Shown piece after piece: positions 28,498 to 38,917 of a stretch of 64,000 bases of DNA. The stretch spans positions 191,048 through 255,047 of the forward strand of contig JBGAIQ010000004.1 of the NCBI GenBank assembly GCA_044225365.1, read 5' to 3'. The notes beneath the pieces are model-generated. The model ran no database searches and was not told the DNA's origin. It saw nothing but the letters and a program-made list of their open reading frames with translations. The stretch's first letter is position 1. Each line of letters opens with the position of its first letter. Origin of the DNA: Planctomycetota bacterium (GTDB lineage: Bacteria; Planctomycetota; B15-G4; JADJEK01). A program made the translations under genes and the position numbers.

Positions 28498-30606
28498 ATG
28501 TCCCGCCTCCAGAGTCGCCTCGCGCTTTCCTTCGCCGCCTGCCTCCTCGGTGCCTCGCACGCGCTTGCGACCGACGACGACGCGAACGACGCCCAAACCG
28601 CCTGGGTCTGGTATCACGATCAGACACCTTCGCAGATCACGGCCCTCATCCAACAGGGTTATCGCGTCACGAATATCGAAGTCGACTCCGCATCCCCCGC
28701 GCTGTTCACCGTCGCGATGGTGAAGAACTCCGGTTCGTACGCGAAGACCTTCTGGTGGTACTACGGACAGGACTCCGCGACGATCGCCACCGAGCTCGCC
28801 CAGAACAGCGCGCGCCTGATCGATCTCGAACCGTACAACCTGAACGGTCAGGTGCGTTTCGCCGCCGTCATGGTGAAGAACACCGGCGCCGACGCAAAGA
28901 ACTGGTGGTGGGTCGCGAGCTCGAATCTGAACGATGTCTCGACGACACTGACGCAGAACGGCGCGCGTCTCACCAAGCTCGATGAAGTCACGATCGGCGC
29001 GAACACCTACTACGCCGCGATCATGATCCAGAACTCGGGCGCCGACGCGAAGAGTTGGTGGTGGTACCACGGCGTCGACGGCTCGTTCGTCGCGACGCAG
29101 CTCGGTGCGACCGGCGCCCGTCTGCTCGATCTCGCGCGGCGGTCGGATGGACTCTTCGACGTCGTCCTCGCGCAGAACGACGAAGGCTTCCATTGGTGGT
29201 GGTACTACGGCCTCGACGAGGCCGCGCTGAATGCGGAAATGGCCCAGACCGGCTCACGGGCCCTCTGCGTCCAGAAGTCGAATTCGTTCCTCGGTGCGAC
29301 CTACTCCGCCGTGCTCATCAACGACTCGAACGCGCTGACCACGACGGTCGGCGACATCTTGCGCACCGGCACCGATGGCGTTTCGGGCCTCTACCTCAAG
29401 GAGATCAACGGTCCCGTCCTCGCGAGCCTCGAGGAGCAATACGTCTTCGAGCCCGCGAGCACTTTGAAGACGCTCGTCCATGCCCATGCGATGAAGCAAG
29501 TCGCGCTCGGCACGGTCTCGCTGAACCAGCCGATCCTCGTCGACACGGGGCTCACCGGTTCGTGTCCGAACGGCACGCAGCCCGTCATCGAGTCCCTGCA
29601 GGTCGTCCTCACCAAGATGATGCAGAACTCCGACAATGCCCGCACCAAAGCGGCCGTCGACTTCTTCGGGCAAGCGAACATCAACGCCACCGCGGTCGCG
29701 CTCGGCATGACCCACTCGCAGATCAACCATGTATTCGGATGCGGCGGTCCGATTCCGAATCAGCTCACACTCGTCGACGGCGACGCGCTTCACGAGGCCG
29801 TCGCGAATGGATTCCTGGGCGCACAGAAGCAGACGTTCCACGACATCATGCTGTCGAGCGTCCCGGGATATGCGGGCGGCCTCCTCGGACAGGTGATCGA
29901 TCAGGAAGCCGCGGCGATCGGCGTCAGCAACGCGATGAAGGCGCAGTTCATCACGCTCGCCGAGATGGCGTACAAGGGCGGCAGCTACACGATCTTCCCG
30001 GGTCCGAAGGAATACCGATCGGTCCTCTCGTACGTCGATCTCCCCTTCCTCGCGCAGTTCTTCGGAAACACCGTGGTCACGCATCATCAGTACGTCACCG
30101 GGATCTTCGTCCACGCGGCTTCGAACGGCTTGACGGTCGACGGCGTCGTCAATCACGCCGCATCGGAGCTGCTGCGCGATGAGATCCATGCGGCACTCCT
30201 CACCTGGAAGTCGAACTGCGTCGCGTTCAATGCGTCCTACGGTTCGGGCAAGGCGGGAACCAAGGGCGTGCCGACTCTCACGTCGAGCCAGCTCCCGAGC
30301 CTCGGCGCGACGTCGAGCATCACGCTCGGCAACGGCAAACCCGGAGCCGCACCGCTGCTCTTCGTCGGCTTGAACAGTTCGAACCAGAGCTTCGACGGCG
30401 GCAAGTTGCTGGTCCAGCCGCAACTCATCCTGACGCTCCCCGTGATTCCCCAGAATGGAACGCTCTCGATCGCGGGCACGCTGCCGGCGGATCCGACGCT
30501 CTGTGGCGTCACGATCTATCACCAGATGATGTTCGCCGACGCGGGCGCGTCCGGCCCGTATCACACGGCGCAGACCGCGGGTCTCGCGCGCACGCTCGGC
30601 AACTGA
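28498..30606 (+). CDS. Secreted protein: Trp-rich tandem repeats (BTRD1-like) + serine beta-lactamase-like domain + shared C-terminal domain
   Basis: AGGAG SD, signal peptide; about five W(W)Y..G...RL repeats; EPASTLK (SxxK), SDN, KGG. Confidence 0.8.
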   Translation: MSRLQSRLALSFAACLLGASHALATDDDANDAQTAWVWYHDQTPSQITALIQQGYRVTNIEVDSASPALFTVAMVKNSGSYAKTFWWYYGQDSATIATELAQNSARLIDLEPYNLNGQVRFAAVMVKNTGADAKNWWWVASSNLNDVSTTLTQNGARLTKLDEVTIGANTYYAAIMIQNSGADAKSWWWYHGVDGSFVATQLGATGARLLDLARRSDGLFDVVLAQNDEGFHWWWYYGLDEAALNAEMAQTGSRALCVQKSNSFLGATYSAVLINDSNALTTTVGDILRTGTDGVSGLYLKEINGPVLASLEEQYVFEPASTLKTLVHAHAMKQVALGTVSLNQPILVDTGLTGSCPNGTQPVIESLQVVLTKMMQNSDNARTKAAVDFFGQANINATAVALGMTHSQINHVFGCGGPIPNQLTLVDGDALHEAVANGFLGAQKQTFHDIMLSSVPGYAGGLLGQVIDQEAAAIGVSNAMKAQFITLAEMAYKGGSYTIFPGPKEYRSVLSYVDLPFLAQFFGNTVVTHHQYVTGIFVHAASNGLTVDGVVNHAASELLRDEIHAALLTWKSNCVAFNASYGSGKAGTKGVPTLTSSQLPSLGATSSITLGNGKPGAAPLLFVGLNSSNQSFDGGKLLVQPQLILTLPVIPQNGTLSIAGTLPADPTLCGVTIYHQMMFADAGASGPYHTAQTAGLARTLGN

Positions 30607-30763
30607 GTCTCGAAGTCCTCGAAGTGTGTTCGTCGAGATCGGCGCGACCCGTGCCGATCTCGACGTTCGCGTAGTCCATGCGTCGAGGTGGCCAACCGTG
30701 TTAAGTTCGAATGCTGGCCCAGCGCCGGAAACGACGCGATTCGAGGGCCGTCGGAGACGATGC

Positions 30764-33697
30764 GTGCCTGCCGACTGGAAGACCCCATCCCCGATCGCCG
30801 TTCGAGTCCTGCTCGATTTCCTTGCGGCGCAGAATCGCAAGGGCGGCGGAAGCGACTCGCTCGACCAGTTGTGCGTGCAGCACCCCGAGCAAGCCGCCGA
30901 ATTGCGCATGCTCTACGCCGAATGGGGATCGATCGAAACGATCGAGGATTCGAACGTCGCCGAGTCCATCGTCGCCCGCCTCGCTCGCGATCTCGGCCAG
31001 GACATCGATCCTCAGATCGCGCTGCGCGACGGGGAGACCGCGAAGACGACGGACTCGAGCAGCGAGGACGAGAAGGGCGAGAGCGGAAGGATCCCCCGAC
31101 AGCTCGTGGCTCGCGGTGGAATGGCGACGATCTACCGCATCCAGGATCCCGAACTGCGCCGCGATCTCGCGATGAAGATCGCTCATCCCGCAGTGCGCAA
31201 GACGGCCCGACTCCTCGCGCGCTTCCTCGAGGAAGCGCAGATCACCGCGCAGCTCGACCATCCCGGCATCGTTCCGGTGCACCAACTGGGAATGGACGAC
31301 GACGGCAGCGTGTACTTCACGATGAAGCTGGTGCGCGGCCGCACCCTGCAGGAAGTGCTCGATCTCGTCGAACGCGGCGATTCCGAGTGGACGCGGACGC
31401 GAGCGCTCGGCGTGCTCCTCCGCGTCTGCGAAGCGGTCGCCTTCGCTCACAGCAAGGGCGTCATCCATCGCGACCTCAAACCGACGAACGTCATGGTCGG
31501 TCGCTTCGGCGAGACGTACGTCATGGACTGGGGTCTCGCGCGCGTGATCGGACGCGAGGACTCTCACGACGTTCGCCTGGATCTGACGGGCGCATCGCAA
31601 ACCCGCATCGTGACCGTCCGATTCCCCGGAGAAGGAACGCCGGTCGATTCGCCTCTCCACACTCTCGACGGCGACGTCGTCGGCACGCCGATCTACATGT
31701 CGCCGGAACAGGCTCGGGGGGCGCTCGAAGAGATCGGCCCCGCCTCCGATGTCTATTCCGCGGGAGCGATCCTCTACCAACTCCTCGCAGGGTCGGCGCC
31801 GTTCGTGAAGAAAGGAGAGTCCCTGTCGGCCCGCGGCGCATGGAGCCGCGTCCTCGAAGGTCCCCCCGAACCGCTCTCGACGCTCGCTCGCGAGATCCCT
31901 CCGGAACTCGTCTCGATCTGCGAGAAGTCGATGGCCCGCAAGATCACGGATCGATACCGCGACATGTCGGAGATGGCGAGCGATCTGCGTGCGTTCCTCG
32001 AGAACCGAGTCGTCAAGGCGTATGCGAGGGGTCCGATGGCCGAACTACGGAAATGGGTGACCCGCAATCGCGGAGTCGCAGCGTCGATCGCCTCCGCCGT
32101 CGCCGTCGTGATCGCGGCCGGCGGCTACGTCGTACACATCGAAACCCGGGCGAACACGCGATCCGAGGCTTTGTTGCCCGGCCACGTCCGAACCGAGCTG
32201 AACCGCCTCGCGATCGAGGCCGCGGCGCTGTGGCCCGCCGTTCCGGAGAAGCTCCCGTCGATCGATCGATGGCTGCGGGACGCACAAGAGCTCGCGCCGT
32301 CGATCGAGGCGTTGAAGCGCCAGCTCGAAGGCCTCGAAACCCACGGCGAGGCGGACGCGAGCGGAACCGAAGGATCGAGCGATCGAATCGCGCTGCAGAG
32401 CGAGCTCGACGCCGTCGACGAGTCGCATACGTTGATCGAGAGCGCTCTCGGATCGATCGACGGAATGGCGTCGGAGGGAGAGAGGTCCGCGGAGGTACGC
32501 CTGTTGACGGAGGAGAAGCGCCGACTCGAGGCGCGCGGCAGGAGCCTCCTCTCCAGGATCCAACGCACGCCGTTCCGCTTCTCCGAATGGCGGGATGCGA
32601 CGCAGTACGCCGCACTCGTCCCCGTTCTCGACGAAGCGGAACGCTTCCACGATCCCGATCCGATGATCGGAACCGTCGCCTCGATCGCAGCGAGGCGCGT
32701 CTTCGCGTCGAATCTCGCGAAGCGCTCGCTCGAAGATCGACACGAGGAATGGAAGGAGGCGATCGAGGCGATCGCGGATCCGTCGCACTGCCCCGCCTAC
32801 CATGGTCTCAAGATCCACGCGCAGCTCGGGCTCGTTCCGCTCGGACGCGATCGTGAGTCCGGGCTGTACGAGTTCGCCGCGCTCTCCAGCGGTGAGATCC
32901 CGTCGCGCGACTCGAACGGTCGACTCGTCGCAACTGCCGACTCCGCGATCGTGCTCGTCCTGCTCCCCGGCGGGAAGTTCTTCATGGGCTCCGATCCGAA
33001 CCAGGATCCGGATGCCGATGCTTCCGCGGAGGGTCCGCGCCAGGAGATCGAGCTCGCTCCCTTCCTCATCGGGAAGTACGAAGTCACACAAGCGCAGTGG
33101 CTGCGTCACACGGGATCGAACCCGAGCATCTATGCGCCCGGCGAGAAAGCGGATCGCAAGATCTCGCTGCTGTGTCCCGTCGAGAACGTGAGTTGGACGG
33201 CGGCGAACGAGTTCGCATCGGAGCTCGGACTCGGTTTGCCGACCGAGGCACAATGGGAATACGCTGCAAGAGCCGGAACGACGACGCCGTGGTGGACCGG
33301 CAGTTCTCCGGAGTCGCTGACAGGCGCAGGGAACATCGCGGATCGCGACGCTCGCAACGCGGGAGCACCGGCCGCGTGGGCCTTCGAGGATCGCCTTTCC
33401 GACGGCTTCTTCCTCCATGCCCCGGTCGGTTCGTATCGACCGAATCCCTTTGGCCTCCTGGATGTCATCGGGAACGTCGCCGAATGGTGTCATGATGCAC
33501 GAACCGACTACGCTCGCAGTGCCCCTCGCGCGGGAGACGGCGAGCGCACGGTCAATCTCGTGGCCACGCGGATCGATCGCGGTGGCAGTTTCGCGCATGG
33601 CACGAAGTCCGCGCGCTCGGCCGCACGCGAAGCCCTTCCGCCGAACGATGCGTTCGGATTCGTGGGACTTCGCGCCGTACGCAGACTCGATCCTTGA
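30764..33697 (+). CDS. Membrane Ser/Thr protein kinase with a C-terminal FGE-sulfatase (SUMF1) domain
   Basis: RGGM, HRDLKPTNV, DWGLA, GTPIYMSPEQ, a TM, then LPTEAQWEYAARAG, GNVAEWC, RGGSF; start inferred from GGAG+GTG. Confidence 0.9.
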   Translation: MPADWKTPSPIAVRVLLDFLAAQNRKGGGSDSLDQLCVQHPEQAAELRMLYAEWGSIETIEDSNVAESIVARLARDLGQDIDPQIALRDGETAKTTDSSSEDEKGESGRIPRQLVARGGMATIYRIQDPELRRDLAMKIAHPAVRKTARLLARFLEEAQITAQLDHPGIVPVHQLGMDDDGSVYFTMKLVRGRTLQEVLDLVERGDSEWTRTRALGVLLRVCEAVAFAHSKGVIHRDLKPTNVMVGRFGETYVMDWGLARVIGREDSHDVRLDLTGASQTRIVTVRFPGEGTPVDSPLHTLDGDVVGTPIYMSPEQARGALEEIGPASDVYSAGAILYQLLAGSAPFVKKGESLSARGAWSRVLEGPPEPLSTLAREIPPELVSICEKSMARKITDRYRDMSEMASDLRAFLENRVVKAYARGPMAELRKWVTRNRGVAASIASAVAVVIAAGGYVVHIETRANTRSEALLPGHVRTELNRLAIEAAALWPAVPEKLPSIDRWLRDAQELAPSIEALKRQLEGLETHGEADASGTEGSSDRIALQSELDAVDESHTLIESALGSIDGMASEGERSAEVRLLTEEKRRLEARGRSLLSRIQRTPFRFSEWRDATQYAALVPVLDEAERFHDPDPMIGTVASIAARRVFASNLAKRSLEDRHEEWKEAIEAIADPSHCPAYHGLKIHAQLGLVPLGRDRESGLYEFAALSSGEIPSRDSNGRLVATADSAIVLVLLPGGKFFMGSDPNQDPDADASAEGPRQEIELAPFLIGKYEVTQAQWLRHTGSNPSIYAPGEKADRKISLLCPVENVSWTAANEFASELGLGLPTEAQWEYAARAGTTTPWWTGSSPESLTGAGNIADRDARNAGAPAAWAFEDRLSDGFFLHAPVGSYRPNPFGLLDVIGNVAEWCHDARTDYARSAPRAGDGERTVNLVATRIDRGGSFAHGTKSARSAAREALPPNDAFGFVGLRAVRRLDP

Positions 33698-33717
33698 GAC
33701 GACGCACGGGCAACACC

Positions 33718-34869
33718 ATGAAAACTCTCCTCGTCGCTCTGTTCTTCGCACTCGCTCGCGTGACGGCTTCCGCGCAAACGATGTACGTCTGCACGATCGC
33801 GACCAACGGCTGTGCGAACCTCCCGCACGCGACCGTCGGCGCCGGGGTGTTCGACTACGATCCCGCATCGACATCCTTGAAGGGCTCGGTTGCTCTCCCC
33901 AACATGAACCCGCCCGCCGATGCGGCGTACTTCTACGAACTGCAGTCGAACTTCGGATCCTGCCCTACGGTGAACCTCGGCGCGCTGGTGAAGAATGCGG
34001 GTTCCTTCACTCTTCCTTCGACGGTGGTCGATCCCGTGAAACTCGTCTCCGGCAAGTACGCGATCGCGGTGAGCACGGTGCAGGGACAACTCCCCGGCAG
34101 CACCTCACCGAAGGGCCAGGTCACTCACGCCGACATCGGCTACCTGACGGTGCCCGTCGCGATGCCCGGAGTCTCCGCGGTCGGGAAGGGCGACGGAGAG
34201 ATCGTCCTGCTGCCGAACGATTCCCTCACCTATTCGATCGTCCTCAACGGCTTGACGTCGAACGCGACGAAGGCGGAGATCAAGTTCACGATCGGACCGA
34301 CCGTCTCCGTCCAGGAGGTTCCTCTCCAGCAAGCGAGCCCATCGTCGTTCGTCGGCACGACGATCCAACTGACGCAGGCGCAGAAGGAATCGCTCAAAGG
34401 AGGAAGCGCCTTCGTCCTCGTCCACACCATGATGAATCCGCTCGGCGAGCTCGGCGCTCCCGTCGCGACCTCGTTCACGAAGTACGGGTCGTCCTGCATG
34501 GGCGTACCGGGCGTGACCGGTGCGCCAGTGCTCTCGGCTTTCGGTATTCCGGCGGCCTCGCAGACCGTCCATCTCCATCTCAATGGTCCGCCCAATGCCA
34601 TCGCGGTCACGTTCGTGAACATCAAGGGGGCTCAGTTGCCCCTGGGCGGAGGATGCACGTTCTACGTTTCGCCGCAGGTCCTCGGTCAAGTGCCTCCACC
34701 CGTCACCTTGTTGTTCCCGCTCGATTCCACGGGGAACTTCACCGGCACGTTCGTCAGCCCGAACGTCGGGAGCGACTTGTGGCTGCAGCTCCAGAGTTTC
34801 ATGGCCGAGCCCTTGGCCCCGCTCGGCTTCGTCGCCTCGAACGGGCTGACGGCGCATCACGTCCCATGA
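33718..34869 (+). CDS. Secreted CHRD-like domain protein with shared C-terminal domain
   Basis: Signal peptide; LTYSIVLNGLTS...LTQAQKESLKGG...VHTMMNPLGEL resembles CHRD. Confidence 0.65.
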   Translation: MKTLLVALFFALARVTASAQTMYVCTIATNGCANLPHATVGAGVFDYDPASTSLKGSVALPNMNPPADAAYFYELQSNFGSCPTVNLGALVKNAGSFTLPSTVVDPVKLVSGKYAIAVSTVQGQLPGSTSPKGQVTHADIGYLTVPVAMPGVSAVGKGDGEIVLLPNDSLTYSIVLNGLTSNATKAEIKFTIGPTVSVQEVPLQQASPSSFVGTTIQLTQAQKESLKGGSAFVLVHTMMNPLGELGAPVATSFTKYGSSCMGVPGVTGAPVLSAFGIPAASQTVHLHLNGPPNAIAVTFVNIKGAQLPLGGGCTFYVSPQVLGQVPPPVTLLFPLDSTGNFTGTFVSPNVGSDLWLQLQSFMAEPLAPLGFVASNGLTAHHVP

Positions 34870-35432
34870 AGCCCGACCCCGCGATCTCCGAGCTGGTCGC
34901 TCGGATGCAGCAAGGCGACCAGGGCGCGAAGGATGGGCTCTTCGCCGCGCTCTACGACGAGCTGTATCGTCTCGCGCGGCGCTACGTCGCCGACGATTCG
35001 CCGCGCGACAGTCTTCATGCGACGACACTCCTCCACGAGACGTTCGTACGACTTCGGGAGAACCACGAGCTCGAGGCCGACGGTCGCTCGCACTTCTTTC
35101 GCATCGCGGCGCAAGCGATGCGCTTCGTCCTGGTCGATCGCGCGCGCGCCCGCACGGCGCAAAAACGCGGCGAGGGAAAACGGCCCGAAGCGTTGCGCGA
35201 TTCGATCGAACTTCCGAGCGGTCATCTCGTCGACGTCCTCACCATCGACGAAGCCCTCGTCGAGCTCGGCAGGGCGAAGGCCGTCCTCGCACGGATCGTG
35301 GAGATGAAATTGTTCGGCGGCTTCAGCGAAGCCGAGATTGCGAGCGCCCTCGGCATCTCCCTGCGCACCGTGGAACGAGGGTGGCAGACCGCGAAGATCT
35401 GGCTCGCCGATCGACTGGGAACGACGGCGTAA
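34866..35432 (+). CDS. ECF sigma factor, kinase-associated type (TIGR02999-like)
   Basis: LYDELYRLARRY, SLHATTLLHE, HFFRIAAQAMRFVLVD, SLRTVERGWQTAKIWL. Confidence 0.9.
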   Translation: MKPDPAISELVARMQQGDQGAKDGLFAALYDELYRLARRYVADDSPRDSLHATTLLHETFVRLRENHELEADGRSHFFRIAAQAMRFVLVDRARARTAQKRGEGKRPEALRDSIELPSGHLVDVLTIDEALVELGRAKAVLARIVEMKLFGGFSEAEIASALGISLRTVERGWQTAKIWLADRLGTTA

Positions 35433-35486
35433 AGCAACTCCACGACCGTCCCGTGAACGCCCGACACTCGCTGGAGCGGGACCCGA

Positions 35487-37415
35487 CTAATGAGATCGTC
35501 GCGCGGTGATCTCGACATCGCGCGCCCCGGGCACCATCTCGATCCGCCCGCCGCCCGCCCACACTTCGTAACGTTGCCAGCCGTACTCCGGCAGAAAGAG
35601 AACGAACCGGCCGTCCGCGCCCGTGACCACCTCGCGCGAAGACGTCGCCGGATTCGCAACGGATTCACCGGGCCATCCGATTGTCCTCGCCCACACGCGC
35701 GCACCCGCGACCGGCGTCCCATCGACGTCGTCGACGACCCGTCCCGAGATCCTGCCGAGGTCGAGGATCGGGGCGATGTCGATCCCGAACACGGAATGAG
35801 GCTCGACCGCGAACTCGCCCTTCGCCAGCGTTGCGTCCCACGGTGAACTGCCGAAGCAGAACGCGAACTCGACATCGCCAGCAGGAACCCCATCGAACTC
35901 GTAGTGGCCACGATCGTCGGTCTCCACCGCGCGCGACAGTCCATCCTGACGCCACTCGATCGTGCCCCTCGCCGGAGCGCCCTCGATGGTGACGGCGCCG
36001 TTCACGTGGGAATCGTTCTTCGAGAAATCGAAGTCGTGACGCTGCACTTCGGCCTGCGAGACGAATGCCGCGGCGCGATAGACGAAGTCTCCTGCACTGG
36101 GAGAGTGGATCCGAAAATAGGGTCGCTCGCACCACGGCCAGAGTCCATCGAGGCGATAGCGACCGCGTGAGTCGGTGAAGACCGAAGGAGTGACCGGACC
36201 GAGCGGATGCAATCCGGCCGGAAATGGAATCGGAGGGCGAAAGTACTGCGGCCATTCCTCCGGGCCGAACGCCGTGATGCGAGCGTTGGCTTCCGGTTTT
36301 CCATCGCGACCCCGAACGATGCCCTCGAGAGCGCAGCTCGGAGCGATCACGAATTCGCTGGCGGCGAAGGTCGTATCGGGCCTCGACCTCGCATCGACCC
36401 GCCTCAGGCTTTCCGCGTAGCCCGGCTTCGAAAGTCGAACCTCGCAGCTCCATTGCTGCGGCACCGGCAGGTTCAAGACTTCGAACGAGCCCGCGAGATC
36501 GCTTCGATTCACGTCGCGGGAAAACACGAACTGCTCACTCAGCGCGCCCCACCCCTCGAGCACGCCGATCGAACAATCGGACAACGCCTCGCCTGTGAGA
36601 AGGTCGACGACACGGCCGCGATACGTCGGTCCCTCGCCGAGCTCGAAGTCACGCTGGACCTCTCCCGCCGTCCCAACACGGAAATTCTCGTGTCGGGGGC
36701 ACGTGTTTCTCGGCGCAATCGCAATCCCCCATGCCCAAGCGGTTCCCGCTTCGCTTCTCACTGAGGTTGGGAGATCGTCGATCCGATACCGCCCATTCTC
36801 GTCGGTCGTGGCCGTCGCCAGCGACTCGGGCCAATTGCCAATGACGGTGATTCGAGCGCCCTCTACCGGCATGGCGCTCCTCGCATCGGTGACGCGGCCG
36901 AAGATCGAGACGGCGTCGCCCATTCGAACCGTCCCGGTCGCCGTACTCATCACTTCGTCGATGCGAAGGCCGAATCCGCTCTTTCGCACCAGGACTCGAC
37001 TCGCGCCGTGCAGCGCGATTCGAAAACGCCCTCTTCCATCCGTCGCCACGCTGTGCTCCGCGAACTCCCACCCGCGGTTCTCACCCTCGTATCGCAGCGC
37101 ATCGACGCTCGCGCCTTCGATCGGCGCCCCATGCGCGTCCACGACGGTCCCCGAGCATTCGGCCACTTCAGGGTCGCTCTTGGATGCGAACGAGACGAGT
37201 CGCCGCAACGGCTCGACCGTTCGAACCTCGATCGGGGAAGTCGCGAGAGATCGCTCGATCCGAACGAACTCGGGACGCGGTCGATGGATCCTCGTTCGCG
37301 CGGTCGGCCTCTGTTCGAACAACACGACGCACAGCGTGTCGATCAACAAGACGGCGATAAATGTGCGAGAATCGGCTCGCATTCCGCCTCGGTCGTGACC
37401 GCCCCCGCTGTTCAT
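35487..37415 (-). CDS. Carboxypeptidase-regulatory-like repeat protein
   Basis: Repeated G.V.D..G.P..GA.V ... TD..GR(F/Y) beta modules; alternative start at 37382. Confidence 0.8.
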   Translation of the reverse strand: MNSGGGHDRGGMRADSRTFIAVLLIDTLCVVLFEQRPTARTRIHRPRPEFVRIERSLATSPIEVRTVEPLRRLVSFASKSDPEVAECSGTVVDAHGAPIEGASVDALRYEGENRGWEFAEHSVATDGRGRFRIALHGASRVLVRKSGFGLRIDEVMSTATGTVRMGDAVSIFGRVTDARSAMPVEGARITVIGNWPESLATATTDENGRYRIDDLPTSVRSEAGTAWAWGIAIAPRNTCPRHENFRVGTAGEVQRDFELGEGPTYRGRVVDLLTGEALSDCSIGVLEGWGALSEQFVFSRDVNRSDLAGSFEVLNLPVPQQWSCEVRLSKPGYAESLRRVDARSRPDTTFAASEFVIAPSCALEGIVRGRDGKPEANARITAFGPEEWPQYFRPPIPFPAGLHPLGPVTPSVFTDSRGRYRLDGLWPWCERPYFRIHSPSAGDFVYRAAAFVSQAEVQRHDFDFSKNDSHVNGAVTIEGAPARGTIEWRQDGLSRAVETDDRGHYEFDGVPAGDVEFAFCFGSSPWDATLAKGEFAVEPHSVFGIDIAPILDLGRISGRVVDDVDGTPVAGARVWARTIGWPGESVANPATSSREVVTGADGRFVLFLPEYGWQRYEVWAGGGRIEMVPGARDVEITARRSH

Positions 37416-37696
37416 CAGGTCTTCGGCACGTACTTCTCGAGAGTGGTCAGAAGAACCTCGCCGCAAAGCTCGACCCTCGCCCGCGCGATCCTCGTTCCCT
37501 CCTCGCGTAATCTCACCGACACCACGTCCACGAGCCCGGCGAATGCACTCGATCGCCCGAACGAGTCGAAGGAAAGTAGGCGCACTTGGCGCAGTGCGTG
37601 GCCGTGAGCAGCGCACAAGTCTCCAAGCGCTAGAACGCCCGCGACACCGATAAGCATTGCGGCCCTGACGGGTCGAATCATGGATTCCGCCTCCAA
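37415..37696 (-). CDS. Small hypothetical protein
   Basis: 93-aa ORF filling the gap, hydrophobic N-terminus, stop abuts the next start. Confidence 0.35.
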   Translation of the reverse strand: MEAESMIRPVRAAMLIGVAGVLALGDLCAAHGHALRQVRLLSFDSFGRSSAFAGLVDVVSVRLREEGTRIARARVELCGEVLLTTLEKYVPKT

Positions 37697-37798
37697 CTTC
37701 GAATCGGCGGACTCTTCAGACTACGACGCATCCCGCTGACTCGTCCACCGGTCGGACCCGACGAACGTGCCTGAGAGCCGGAAGGTTCACTCCGAGAC

Positions 37799-38797
37799 TC
37801 AGGGAATCGAGAGCTGCAGCCCGTTCGACGCCGAGAAGGTCGCCGGCGCCGTGTGATCGGGCACCAAGGCCTGGAGCACGAACGTCGAACCCGAGAGGCT
37901 CGGCGCCACGACGAACGATTGCGAGAATGCGCCTTCGCAGGGACCGGTGCCACTGAGGAAGATGGGACCGACGAACGCCACGAGCGGGCTGACCAGCAGC
38001 GCGCAGCCGTGGCCGAGGGAGAGCTGGGCCTGCTGGTTCCCGATCGCGAAGAACGCGCCGCTTCCACCGAGGCCTTCCGACAGCTCGACGCCGAGCGTCG
38101 ACCCCACGGACGGAGCGCCCGTGGCAGAAAGAAGTGGAACGCAACCGCCCGAGCCCGGGCACCCGGCGCCGTAGATCCCGAGTGCGCGGCCATACTGGAC
38201 GTGGTCGATCTCCCAATCGGTCGACCCCTGACACGTCACTTCGATACGCGAGATTCCGCCGCCGAAGCGGGCGCCGAGGAATCGATCCTCCGCCGTGGCG
38301 CTGAACGCGCTGCCATCGCCGAGCGATACAGGAGTCGTCGTGCCGAGACTGACGCCATTCGCGTCGAAGGCCTCGAGCGTGACGAGCGCGAATCCGGACT
38401 GCGGACTCGCGAATCCGACGTCCGTCCAGACGACGCCAGCATGCGTCGGCAGGGCGCCGAGCATTCCCACGTCGAAGTTGATGACGACGGTTTGCGAGAG
38501 GTTCACGAGGTAGGAATTCCCCGAGCTTCCGCTGCCATCGATCGCGCCGTCGTCGGCGTCGACGCTGTCGGTGAACGCTCCCGGACCGATGGGCGAACCT
38601 CCGACGATGGCGAGACCGGGCGTGTTCACGAGACCATCCTCGAAGTTCTCGAGGTGGAAATATGCGAATGCGACCCCGTTGAAGGGGCTGTCGCTCGACT
38701 GCAGGTAGGGGGAGGGGCCGAGCAGCGCCTGCGCGTGCGCGGAGGGCGACAGGATCGACGCGATGACGATGGCGAACATGGATCCAACGAGCTTCAC
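37799..38797 (-). CDS. Secreted protein with shared C-terminal domain
   Basis: GAGGAG SD + GTG, signal peptide AHA-Q; ends SASNGLQLSIP. Confidence 0.8.
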   Translation of the reverse strand: MKLVGSMFAIVIASILSPSAHAQALLGPSPYLQSSDSPFNGVAFAYFHLENFEDGLVNTPGLAIVGGSPIGPGAFTDSVDADDGAIDGSGSSGNSYLVNLSQTVVINFDVGMLGALPTHAGVVWTDVGFASPQSGFALVTLEAFDANGVSLGTTTPVSLGDGSAFSATAEDRFLGARFGGGISRIEVTCQGSTDWEIDHVQYGRALGIYGAGCPGSGGCVPLLSATGAPSVGSTLGVELSEGLGGSGAFFAIGNQQAQLSLGHGCALLVSPLVAFVGPIFLSGTGPCEGAFSQSFVVAPSLSGSTFVLQALVPDHTAPATFSASNGLQLSIP

Positions 38798-38917
38798 GAC
38801 GGCGCTCTCCTCGACGACGATGCACGACGGAAATGCCGGATTCGACGCAGCGGTCGACAGCCGCGTTCCGTTCGATTGCCGGCGGAGCATCGCTCGCTCC
38901 GGAGGATCGCGCGTGCG

